Shown one piece after another: positions 17,010 through 25,843 of a stretch of DNA of 64,000 nucleotides. Position 1 is the first letter of the stretch. Every line of letters begins with the position of its first letter. Made by a program: the position numbers and the translations under genes. Source of the DNA: an uncultured Thermoproteales archaeon (GTDB lineage: Archaea; Thermoproteota; Thermoprotei; Thermofilales; CAYSTQ01); assembly GCA_964497915.1 (NCBI GenBank), contig CAZCFI010000001.1, positions 14,279 to 78,278 of the forward strand. Direction: 5' to 3'. The notes beneath the pieces are model-generated. The model ran no database searches, was not told where the DNA came from, and was given only the letters and a program-made list of their open reading frames with translations.

Positions 17010-18650
17010 TTGGAGGTAGGCACCGTCGTCTGGGTCAAGGGCCTCAAGCTGAGGTTCAGGCTCAGGAGGGGCGCCAGGGTGAGCAGGGGGCAGCTCCTGA
17101 AGGTGCGAGTCGGCGACGTGAGGCTCGTGCTCAGGGTCGTCGACTTCGAGCCCGTGGTCCTCCTCAGCCCCTCGGAGGTCGCCAGGCTGAGCAAGAGGGT
17201 AGAGGAGGGGCGCGAGGTCGTCGTGCTCGACAGGGACGTCAGGCTCTACGACACAGCGGTGGGCGTCGTGGTCGTCGAGGTGGGCGAGGACGGAGTCCCC
17301 AGGGGGCCCAGCTGCGCCCCGCCCCTGTTCTCGGCCGTCGAGACGCTTGACGAGGGCGACCTGCGCGACCTGAATCTGGACAGCGGCGACCTGAGGATTG
17401 GGTACCTGAGGGTCGGGCACGCCGCGACGGACGCCGTGGTGAGCCTCAGGGGCGACAGGGTCATACCGCACCACGTGCTGGTGAGCGGCGTGACAGGCTC
17501 GGGGAAGAGCAACTTCGGTAAGGTGCTGGCCTACGCGGTGATGAGCGTCGAGGAGCCCAGGTACAGCTTAGTCCTCTTCGACTGCGAGAGCGAGTACTTC
17601 CTCGGGGGCTCGCCGGGCAGCCTCGGGCTGGCCCACCTGCCCCAAGCTGAGGAGAGGCTCTTCTACGTGAGCAGCTCAGTCGACGAGGCGTCTAGGGTGA
17701 GGGTTACCTTCGAGTTCGACGGGGCGACCGTCGCCAGGTCGATCCTGGCGCACCCCCTAGAGGTCGACGTCAGGAGGCTGCACCCGCTAGACTTCATCAT
17801 GACTGGGGAGTTCAGCGCCCCGCAGGAGGAGCTGCTCTGGCTGGCGTGGAGGGCCTTCGGCGACGACTGGCTGCCGACGCTCCTCGACATGCCCTCCTCG
17901 GCCCTCTACTCCAGGCTTAGGAAGATGGTCCACAGGAACACAATCAACACAGTCAAGAGGAAGCTCAGGCACATGCTCGGCGACGGCCACGTATTCAAGG
18001 AGGGCTGCGAGACCGACCTGCTGAGGGCCGTGGTCAGCGCCGTGGCCAGGGGCAAGGTGGTCCTCTTCGACATACCCCACGCCAGCGAGGGCGAGGAGAA
18101 GCTGCTGAGCGTCGCCGTCGCCAGGAGGATATTCAGGGCGTACGAGAGGCTCAAGAAGAGAGCCCCAGAGGAGTGGGAGAGGTTGCCGTACGTCCTGATA
18201 GCTGTGGAGGAGGCCCACAGGTACCTCTCGAGGGACGCCCTCACGCAGCACGGAGAGGTGCGCGAGAACATATTCTCGGTAATAAGCAAGAGGGGCAGGA
18301 AGTACAAGGTCGGCGCCATGTACATAACTCAGATGCCCGGCGACCTCATGGAGCCGGTCATAAGGCAGGCCCTCACGAAGGTCATCCTCCCGCTCCCGAC
18401 GAGGCCAGACTACCTCAAGGTCATCCAGTACAGCCCGTACCTGGAGGACGCTGAGGACGAAATAAAGACGCTGGACAGGGGCGAGGCCCTAATAGTCTCC
18501 CCAGCCTCTGGGCTTCGCTTCGCCGTGCCAGTCAAGGTATTCCTCTTCGAGGACCTAGCGAGGGCTGAGCTCGCCAGAGAGCTAAGGCTGAGGGCTAGCG
18601 CTAGGGCTGGGGCCAGGAGGAGGGTCAGGGACGAGGTCTGGGCTGTGTAG
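17010..18650 (+). CDS. HerA/FtsK-superfamily ATPase (DUF87-type, HAS-barrel N-terminus)
   Basis: Walker A 'SGVTGSGKSNFGKV' (17487-17510), Walker B 'VLIAVEEAHRYL', 'KRGRKYKVGAMYITQMP'. N-terminal barrel-like 'GTVVWVKGLKLRFRL...LLKVRVGDVRLVLRVVD'. TTG start 3 nt after the NurA-like stop. Confidence 0.85.
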   Translation: MEVGTVVWVKGLKLRFRLRRGARVSRGQLLKVRVGDVRLVLRVVDFEPVVLLSPSEVARLSKRVEEGREVVVLDRDVRLYDTAVGVVVVEVGEDGVPRGPSCAPPLFSAVETLDEGDLRDLNLDSGDLRIGYLRVGHAATDAVVSLRGDRVIPHHVLVSGVTGSGKSNFGKVLAYAVMSVEEPRYSLVLFDCESEYFLGGSPGSLGLAHLPQAEERLFYVSSSVDEASRVRVTFEFDGATVARSILAHPLEVDVRRLHPLDFIMTGEFSAPQEELLWLAWRAFGDDWLPTLLDMPSSALYSRLRKMVHRNTINTVKRKLRHMLGDGHVFKEGCETDLLRAVVSAVARGKVVLFDIPHASEGEEKLLSVAVARRIFRAYERLKKRAPEEWERLPYVLIAVEEAHRYLSRDALTQHGEVRENIFSVISKRGRKYKVGAMYITQMPGDLMEPVIRQALTKVILPLPTRPDYLKVIQYSPYLEDAEDEIKTLDRGEALIVSPASGLRFAVPVKVFLFEDLARAELARELRLRASARAGARRRVRDEVWAV

Positions 18651-18744
18651 GCCTCTGCATCGATCGCGCCCACTCACGACTCGAGGCCAAGCGCCTCCGC
18701 TAGGGGTAACTGGGGCCGTGAGCTCTCACACTCGTAACCGAGCA

Positions 18745-19044
18745 TCAAGGCACCGAGGGCTCCCTGTGGTTGTATATCAAGAAGAAGCCTATGGTGCCGT
18801 TCAGCCGCCTGCCGAGGACGCGCCTGTAACGCCTCACCTCGCCCTTAGTGAGGCTGACGACGATTGTGAACTCGACTGAGTCGAGGTCTGGGCGCTCGTC
18901 GAAGATCCTCCTAACGGCCCTCTCCACGGACACCGCTCTCCGCTCGAGCTCGCTCACGACCGGGGCGACCCTTGAAAAGTCCCTAGCTGGCACGACTACC
19001 CTAACGACCCTGAGCCTCCTCTCGCCCAAGAGCCCACCGCACAC
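18745..19044 (-). CDS. hypothetical small protein
   Basis: 99-aa ORF convergent with the HerA-like gene. No recognised motif. Start uncertain (GTG 19044 or TTG 19029). Confidence 0.35.
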   Translation of the reverse strand: MCGGLLGERRLRVVRVVVPARDFSRVAPVVSELERRAVSVERAVRRIFDERPDLDSVEFTIVVSLTKGEVRRYRRVLGRRLNGTIGFFLIYNHREPSVP

Positions 19045-19192
19045 AAGTTCGCCCTAAGGCATTAAAAAGCTTAGCCGGACCCACATGTGTTCGCACCACC
19101 CCGCTCATGGCACGCCATGGCCCCTACATGACCTACGACCCCATTTAAGCTTTTTGGCAGCGCTTAAATCCTCTATGAGGAATTGTTCAAAC

Positions 19193-21250
19193 ATGGCTAC
19201 TGAGGTCAAGCCCGAGAAGGAGGTTGTGGCCAAGGGCATAACCGTCAAGTCGCTCACCGTGTCAGCCATAATATGCATCATCACCTACGCCATCTTCCTA
19301 TACAGCTTCCACCCGAGGGTGGCCGGCGTAGACTGGGCCTGGTTCACCCACTACATGGTCTACCTGGGGTGGAGGTGGTACTTCGGCTGGGAGACGCTGC
19401 TGTTCCCGCTGATCGTCATAGTGTCGCTACTTTCACTGCTCTCGAGGAAGATAGCCCTCAGCAAGCAGGAGTGGACCATCGTCTACTCGATAGCCACCAT
19501 AGTCGTCCCGAGCACCTTCTGGTGGGGCATCTGGGCCTGGTGCATGAACGGCATGCTCGGCACTGAGAGGTTCAAGCACCTCATCGAGTACATACCCAGC
19601 GCCTGGGTGCCCAAGGACTACGACATCTTGGCCGCCTACTATGAGAGCAGGAAGCCCTGGGAGTGGACCATACCGCACGCCGGAGCCTGGACGACCCCGA
19701 TAGTGATGTGGGTCCTGTTCTATGTCATAGTCAACTTGATGCTCTACGGCCTAGTGCTCATATTCGTCAGGAGGATGATCATCGTCGAGAAGCTGCCTTA
19801 CCCAGTGACGACCACCACCCTCACTGTAATAAATTACGCCACTGAGCCAGTCGGCGGCGGCGTGAGGACCCTGCTGTGGAGCAAGAAGGGGCTACTCTTC
19901 TGGATAGGGTTCCTGGTAGGCGTGTTCTTCGAGGTCTTCAGCCTCTTCCCTGGCTTAATATGGAAGAAGCCGCCCTTCACCATACCCGACGAGATACCCC
20001 TGCAGGGCAAGTACCCGCCGTTCCAGAGGTCGGTGCTGTCGCACTTCATTCACCCGTCGCACGTCGGCCTCTACTTCCTGTTCTCACTCGACATACTGTT
20101 TACCGCCGTGCTGTTCCACGTCATCTTCCTGATACTGCTGCCAGCGGTGTTCGTCTCCACCGGCGTCTTCCCGTCCAAGGCCGAGAGCGAGTGGGGCGCG
20201 ATGTGGGGCATATACTTCAGGCACCAGTGGGGCTTCGCTGGCACCTACGCCTACGCCCTCAACGCCATGACCATAGGCATCGCCCTCTACCTGCTCTGGT
20301 ACACGAGGAGCGACTGGATATCGTCCTTCAAGAGGTTCCTCAAGGGAGCTGAGGCCGAGGAGGGAGAGCCCGTCTCGCCGAGGGTCGCCTGGTCCCTGCT
20401 GCTGGGCGGCGCCGTCCTCTTCCTGATCTGGATGGCCGCCAGCGAGATTCACATCGTCGGCTCCATAGTCGCGCTGCTGTACATACTCGTCGTCTGGTTC
20501 GCCGTCCTGAGGTTCGCTGGCGAGGCCTGGAGCTGCCCGCAGCTTCCGTGGGGCTTCAGGCTGCAGCAGTACGACAGGCAGCTGGCCTACGGCCTGGCCA
20601 CCCTCCTCACCGGGAGCGGCGCCAACCCGACCGGCTACGGCCTGGCCTATGTAATATCTAACCTGACCTGCTACCAGCCGCACTCCTCCGTCGTTCCGGG
20701 CATATTCAGCTACAAGATGGCCTACGAGACCAAGACCGACTTCAAGGAGGTCTTCAAGGCCCAGATAGTCACCATAGTGCTGGCCTCCATACTGTCAGTG
20801 GTCATCGGCTGGTACACCATAGGCGTCCAGGGCCTGAGCAACTGGAGGCACGGCTGGACCACCTCGTGGGACGGCGCGCTCAACAACGGCCTAGGGGCCG
20901 CCAACGACGTGACCAGGAGGAAGGAGCCGTACCCGGTCATGTTCACCATATCAGCCCTCGTCGGCATAGTGGTGGGCGCCGTCCTGATGTTCCTGCGCAC
21001 GACGTTCCCGTGGTTCATCATCAACCCGATAGGCGTCCCGCTGCTCTCGCTGCTAAACTTCTACACCTCCTGGTCCGCCATCATCGCCTTCATAATCAAG
21101 CTGCTGGTCGTCAAGATCGGAGGGCTCAAGGCCTACGAGTACGCCGTGCCCATAGCCGTCGGATGCTTCCTGGGCTCCCTGCTAATGTGGGAGATTGGCT
21201 ACCCGATGGTGCTGTGGCTGCGCTACGGCCTCGGGTGGTTACCCATTTAG
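19193..21250 (+). CDS. polytopic membrane protein, OPT (oligopeptide transporter)-superfamily-like
   Basis: ATG at 19193, preceded by the AT island TTTAAGCTTTTT...CTTAAAT. At least 14 hydrophobic segments. Motif 'VEKLPYPVTTTTLTVINYA' resembles the OPT 'LPFPSGxAxA' signature. Paralogous to 25840..27762. Confidence 0.6.
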   Translation: MATEVKPEKEVVAKGITVKSLTVSAIICIITYAIFLYSFHPRVAGVDWAWFTHYMVYLGWRWYFGWETLLFPLIVIVSLLSLLSRKIALSKQEWTIVYSIATIVVPSTFWWGIWAWCMNGMLGTERFKHLIEYIPSAWVPKDYDILAAYYESRKPWEWTIPHAGAWTTPIVMWVLFYVIVNLMLYGLVLIFVRRMIIVEKLPYPVTTTTLTVINYATEPVGGGVRTLLWSKKGLLFWIGFLVGVFFEVFSLFPGLIWKKPPFTIPDEIPLQGKYPPFQRSVLSHFIHPSHVGLYFLFSLDILFTAVLFHVIFLILLPAVFVSTGVFPSKAESEWGAMWGIYFRHQWGFAGTYAYALNAMTIGIALYLLWYTRSDWISSFKRFLKGAEAEEGEPVSPRVAWSLLLGGAVLFLIWMAASEIHIVGSIVALLYILVVWFAVLRFAGEAWSCPQLPWGFRLQQYDRQLAYGLATLLTGSGANPTGYGLAYVISNLTCYQPHSSVVPGIFSYKMAYETKTDFKEVFKAQIVTIVLASILSVVIGWYTIGVQGLSNWRHGWTTSWDGALNNGLGAANDVTRRKEPYPVMFTISALVGIVVGAVLMFLRTTFPWFIINPIGVPLLSLLNFYTSWSAIIAFIIKLLVVKIGGLKAYEYAVPIAVGCFLGSLLMWEIGYPMVLWLRYGLGWLPI

Positions 21251-21292
21251 GGGGCAAGCGAAACTACACAAGTTTTTTATCCCCGACCCATC

Positions 21293-24200
21293 GTGAGTGT
21301 TCATAAGGGGTGGAGGCGCGTGCGAGCTAGTAGGTTGGTGGCAATACTGGTGCTAGCGTCACTCGCGATCGCCCTCCTCTCGGTTCCGACCTCTAGCTCT
21401 CCAGGTGGGGGCGCTGGCTGGGATCCTCAGTCAGTCGCGAGGGAGGCGCTCAGCCTGCTCAGTCTCGAGAACGTAGCCGCGCACGTCAAGGCCATATCCT
21501 CGCTGGGCAGCAGGTTCACCGGGTACGAAGGCTGCGAGGCGGCCGCCGAGTACATATACAACTACCTAGCCAATGAGCTTGGGCTCATGACCTGGTACTG
21601 GGAGTACAAGGTACTCGTCCCCTACGACTACAACTCGACGCTCACAATCCTCCGCCCGGTCAGGAGGACCTACAGGGTCTATGCCTTGCTCCCCAACATG
21701 GTCCAGACCTGCAGGGGGACGTACGTCGGCAGGCTGGTCTTCGTCGGCGAGGGCAACGTGAGGGACTTCGAGGGCAAGAACGTGACTGGCAGCATCGTCC
21801 TGATGAAGTACAACACCAAGTCGAACTGGATGTACGCCCTCAACTTGGGTGCTAAGGGCGTCGTGTTCATAGAGCCCCTCAGGACCGTGAGGGGCGAGGG
21901 CGACTACAAGATCCTCGAGATACCCCTGAAGTTCCCGCGCGTCCTACTCAGCTACAACGACTCTAGGGACCTACTGCAAGTGATCAAGGAGGCCGAGAGC
22001 AGGGGCGAGGAGGTGGTGGCAGAGCTCAGGGTCAACATGTTCTGGAAGGAGGTCACCGCCAAGAACGTCTTCGCGCTGATACCCGGGGCCCGCGGGTTGG
22101 AGGAGGAGAGCGACATAGTCATCTTGGCCACGTACTACGACGCCTACGGCGTGGCTCCCGCTAGGACGCCAGCCGCTGACGAGGCTTGCAGCCCAGCCGC
22201 GCTGCTGGAGCTGGCCAGGATCCTCAAGGAGATCAAGCCAGAGAGGAACGTGCTGATAGCGTTCTTCTCGGGGCAGGGCGTCGGCATGGCTGGCGCTAGG
22301 TACTTCGCTGAGGAGCTGTTCTTCCGCCACTGGGACAGACCGATGCTGTTCAACACCAGCCGGGGCGTTATCTCGATGACGGGCGACCAGGTAGCTTGCG
22401 CCTTCGTGCTGGACTTCTCAACGGACTCGCCCGCAGTAGCGCTCGTGACCATAGGGACGTTCTACGGAGGCTTCGACTGGACGAGGGCTGGGCGGGTTGA
22501 GGACATGGAGGCCTACCTCAAGAACAAGATGGGCGGGCGCTACGACCCGGCCACGAAGACCTACTTCATAGGCGGGCGGGGCTACAAGGTGTACTTCGCC
22601 CTTAGGTTCGAGCGCGAGGCCCTGCCCTCCCAGGTGAACCACCTGGGGGAGGTCTTCAACCACGTCAACATATTCGCCATGACGTTCTTCACCGCCCACG
22701 CAGCCAGGGTCTTCTGGGAGACGCCAGCCGACACGGTGGACATCGTCAACTTCAGGAACCTAAGACCTCAGGTGGAGTTCTCGACTGCCGTGCTGTCCGT
22801 CATCCTCAAGGACCCGAGGGAGAGCACCAGGAACCTGCTCAGGGGCATAATGCACGGGCACTCTAGGACCGCACCGCTCGGCTTCGCGTTCATGAGGGGC
22901 AAGGTGAGGTACTACAACTTCTCCAAGGCGTGGTACGACTACAACTGGGACAGGGTGCTCGACGAGGGCGACCTGATACTCGTGTACCTCAAGCTCTACA
23001 GGGTCAGGGTGCACAAGCACTGCTTCGTAGTCCTGGCGAACGAGACTGGCGACTTCGAGATACCCGGCGTCAAGCCGTCTGGCTGGGCGCTGGGGGCGTT
23101 TGAGTACCAGATCTTCGCGTTCGTGGTGAGCAACGAGACCGGCGACATTAAGTGGGCGCCAGACCACGGCTACTACGGCAGGAAGCTGTGGCCCTACGAG
23201 AACGTGTTCACGTTGAGGTCGGGCGAGGAGGCGTCCGGCGAGGTGCCGGTGAACGTGGTGCTCTTCAAGTGCGGGACGATAGTGCTGCACGACGCCATAG
23301 ACCCGACGACGCTCTCCACGCCGCTGGTCATGACGCTCACGCCGTATACGTTCATGGTCTACGACACCAGGAGCAACGCCGAGCTGCTGCAGTTCGGCTA
23401 CTTCATATCGACGCCGCCGAGCCCGGTCCTCACGCAGCAGATAATCGCGCTGGGCATAGGCGACCCTGCGGTGGGCTACGACGCCATGGTCTTCGTACCG
23501 CCCGACACGCCGGTCGACATAGTGTTCAGGAGCCTGGCCGAGGACGCGCCGCTCGGCATACTCAGGGGCATCACGGTGCGCGAGGGCGAGTACCTCGACG
23601 TGAAGATCACCGCCCTCAGGTTCGCAGAGGAGATGCTCAGGCTGGCTGGGGAGAAGCTCGAGGTCATGAGGAACGAGCCCACGCTGGCTGGCTCCGTCGG
23701 CAGGGCGGTGAAGTACTACGAGGAGGCCCTCAGGTGCTACGAGAGGGCCAAGGAGCTGCTGGCTCAGGGCAGGTTCTCGGAGGCCTACGCCCTGATCTAC
23801 AGGTCGTGGTACCTCGGAAGGAGGTCGTACATGATCACGCGCGAGGTATACACGAACATCGTCTACACCAACGTCATGCTGGTGCTGCTGATAATACCGA
23901 CAGCGCTCGTGCTAGAGAGGTTCTTCTTCGAGAAGATGGGGCTGCAGAGGGTGATCTGCATAATCGGCATACTTGTGGCCCTCGGCGCCCTGGCGTACGT
24001 GCTCCACCCAGGGCTGAGGCTGGCCCGGAACACTCTGATGGCCTCGCTCAGCATCTTCTCCTGCATCCTGACGCTCCCTGTGCTCGGCTTCATAGTCTCG
24101 GGTGTGGTGAGGCTAGCCAAGGAGATCAGGAGGAGGCTGATAGGCGTCCACTTCATAGACGTCTCGAGGCTGTCGATATTCTCAGCGGCCCTCTCGATGG

Positions 24201-25843
24201 GCGTCGCCAACCTCAAGAAGAGGCCCCTGAGAACCGCGCTGACGCTCACGTCCGTCGTATGCCTCATACTCTCGCTGGTGCTCTTCACGTCGTGGGTGTT
24301 CGGCGACGTCTACCTGTACAGGGAGCTGCCCCAGGAGCCCAGGTACGTCGGCCTGCTGATAGAGGCTGGCACTGAGGAGATGTCGATATCTCCGTCGCTC
24401 CTCGAGTACGCCATCGGCTACTTCAGCGGCAGGGGCACCGTCTGCCCCAGGGCCTGGCTGCAGCTCCCGACGCCAGGCGCGTGGGTCATGAACGAGACCG
24501 GGGGCATAACGTTCGCTAAGGCGATAGTGGGCGTCACCAAGGACGAGCCGCTCCTGAGGGAGCTGCTGAGGGGCGTTGAGTGGCACGGCCCGATGTTTGC
24601 TGCCGTGATAACGGAGGACATCGCCAGCGATCTGAGGGTCAGGGAGGGCGACGCCATATACGTGGCCGGCATGAGGCTCACCGTCGTGAGGGTGATTGAC
24701 GCTGAGCTCCTCAAAGCTCACCTGGTAGACCTCAGCGGGACGCTGATAACGCCAAGGGATCCCGACGCGCCGCCCGGCTCCCCGGTGAGGACCAAGGAGA
24801 GGATAATCCTAATACCGTTCGGCCTGGCCATAAGAGTCGGTGGCATCGTGACCTCGATAGCCGTCTCAGTTGACGACGTGGAGCTGGCTAAGCAGGCCGC
24901 CAAGGACTTCTCGGAGCACCTGTCGTACCTAGCCGTGTACTTCTCAGATGGCGAGAAGGCCTACCTCGCTAGGTGGGTCAGGGGCTACGAGCTGAGGGGC
25001 ATCGGCCAGATAAGCATCCCGCTGATACTGGCGATCCTCTCCCTCCTCAACGTCATGGTAGCCGCGGTCTACGAGAGGACTCGCGAGATACAGATCTACA
25101 GCGTGCTGGGGCTGTCGCCGATGCACGTGGCCGTCATGGTGTTCACCGAGGGCTTCGTCTACGCCATAATTGGCGCGACGGCTGGCTACATGATATCGCT
25201 GGCCACGGGCTACGTCCTGTCAAGCCTCATGGGAGCGGCCTACATGGTGGACTTCTCCTCGCCCTACCCAGCGCTGGCCATACTCTTCTCCATGCTGGCC
25301 GTCGTGGTCGCTGGCGTGTACCCGTCAGTTAAGGCGTCGGGCTACGTGACACCGTCGCTTGAGAGGAAGTGGCGCGTGCCGACGAAGCCCATAGGGAACA
25401 CTTGGTACATACCACTGCCCATGAGCGTCTCGGACGTGAGGGTGGCGCGCGGCGTGCTGGCCTACGTGATGGAGTACCTGACGTCGGCGATGTTGGAGGA
25501 GAAGTTTAGGGTTGACGAGAGACCGCGCCCGGTGGAGCGCGAGGTGGCTGGCAGGAGGGCCATAGGCATATCACTCAAGCTGAGGCTGCCGCCGTACGAC
25601 GCGGCCATACTTGAGGACGTGCAGATACTCGCGATGGAGACGGCTGACGGCAGGATATCGTTCGGCGTACACGCCACCCTCCTCACCGGCAAGAGGTACG
25701 TCTGGGTCTCCAGCCACAAGAACTTCGTCGACGAGGTGAGGAAGCAGCTCCTGATGTGGAAGAGCCTGAGGGAGGAGGACGCCAAGAGGTACCTGAGGCT
25801 GGGGAGGGAGCTATTCAAGGGGCTGAGCGAGGGGGGTGAGTGA
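21293..25843 (+). CDS. 1516-aa envelope protein: signal/anchor, PA plus M28-peptidase-like (degenerate active site) ectodomain, 3 TM, MacB/FtsX-type permease module and a cytoplasmic tail
   Basis: GTG start. N-terminal 'LVAILVLASLAIALLSV'. M28/PA-like 'IVILATYYDAYG...PAADEACSPAALLELARIL...LIAFFSGQGVGMAGARYF'. FtsX module 'NLKKRPLRTALTLTSVVCL' ... 'LNVMVAAVYERTREIQIYSVLGLSPMHV'. Confidence 0.8.
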   Translation: MSVHKGWRRVRASRLVAILVLASLAIALLSVPTSSSPGGGAGWDPQSVAREALSLLSLENVAAHVKAISSLGSRFTGYEGCEAAAEYIYNYLANELGLMTWYWEYKVLVPYDYNSTLTILRPVRRTYRVYALLPNMVQTCRGTYVGRLVFVGEGNVRDFEGKNVTGSIVLMKYNTKSNWMYALNLGAKGVVFIEPLRTVRGEGDYKILEIPLKFPRVLLSYNDSRDLLQVIKEAESRGEEVVAELRVNMFWKEVTAKNVFALIPGARGLEEESDIVILATYYDAYGVAPARTPAADEACSPAALLELARILKEIKPERNVLIAFFSGQGVGMAGARYFAEELFFRHWDRPMLFNTSRGVISMTGDQVACAFVLDFSTDSPAVALVTIGTFYGGFDWTRAGRVEDMEAYLKNKMGGRYDPATKTYFIGGRGYKVYFALRFEREALPSQVNHLGEVFNHVNIFAMTFFTAHAARVFWETPADTVDIVNFRNLRPQVEFSTAVLSVILKDPRESTRNLLRGIMHGHSRTAPLGFAFMRGKVRYYNFSKAWYDYNWDRVLDEGDLILVYLKLYRVRVHKHCFVVLANETGDFEIPGVKPSGWALGAFEYQIFAFVVSNETGDIKWAPDHGYYGRKLWPYENVFTLRSGEEASGEVPVNVVLFKCGTIVLHDAIDPTTLSTPLVMTLTPYTFMVYDTRSNAELLQFGYFISTPPSPVLTQQIIALGIGDPAVGYDAMVFVPPDTPVDIVFRSLAEDAPLGILRGITVREGEYLDVKITALRFAEEMLRLAGEKLEVMRNEPTLAGSVGRAVKYYEEALRCYERAKELLAQGRFSEAYALIYRSWYLGRRSYMITREVYTNIVYTNVMLVLLIIPTALVLERFFFEKMGLQRVICIIGILVALGALAYVLHPGLRLARNTLMASLSIFSCILTLPVLGFIVSGVVRLAKEIRRRLIGVHFIDVSRLSIFSAALSMGVANLKKRPLRTALTLTSVVCLILSLVLFTSWVFGDVYLYRELPQEPRYVGLLIEAGTEEMSISPSLLEYAIGYFSGRGTVCPRAWLQLPTPGAWVMNETGGITFAKAIVGVTKDEPLLRELLRGVEWHGPMFAAVITEDIASDLRVREGDAIYVAGMRLTVVRVIDAELLKAHLVDLSGTLITPRDPDAPPGSPVRTKERIILIPFGLAIRVGGIVTSIAVSVDDVELAKQAAKDFSEHLSYLAVYFSDGEKAYLARWVRGYELRGIGQISIPLILAILSLLNVMVAAVYERTREIQIYSVLGLSPMHVAVMVFTEGFVYAIIGATAGYMISLATGYVLSSLMGAAYMVDFSSPYPALAILFSMLAVVVAGVYPSVKASGYVTPSLERKWRVPTKPIGNTWYIPLPMSVSDVRVARGVLAYVMEYLTSAMLEEKFRVDERPRPVEREVAGRRAIGISLKLRLPPYDAAILEDVQILAMETADGRISFGVHATLLTGKRYVWVSSHKNFVDEVRKQLLMWKSLREEDAKRYLRLGRELFKGLSEGGE

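Noticed and set aside
19085-19192. N-terminal extension of the first permease ORF
   Set aside because: It covers the AT-rich promoter-like tract (TTTAAGCTTTTT...CTTAAAT) and encodes no hydrophobic or conserved sequence. ATG 19193 is the likely start.
23152-24375. 407-aa alternative-frame ORF inside the giant envelope gene
   Set aside because: It is on the same strand as 21293..25843 but in a different frame. The translation is an Arg/Gly/Ala-rich low-complexity sequence, while the overlapping frame has clear domain and TM structure.
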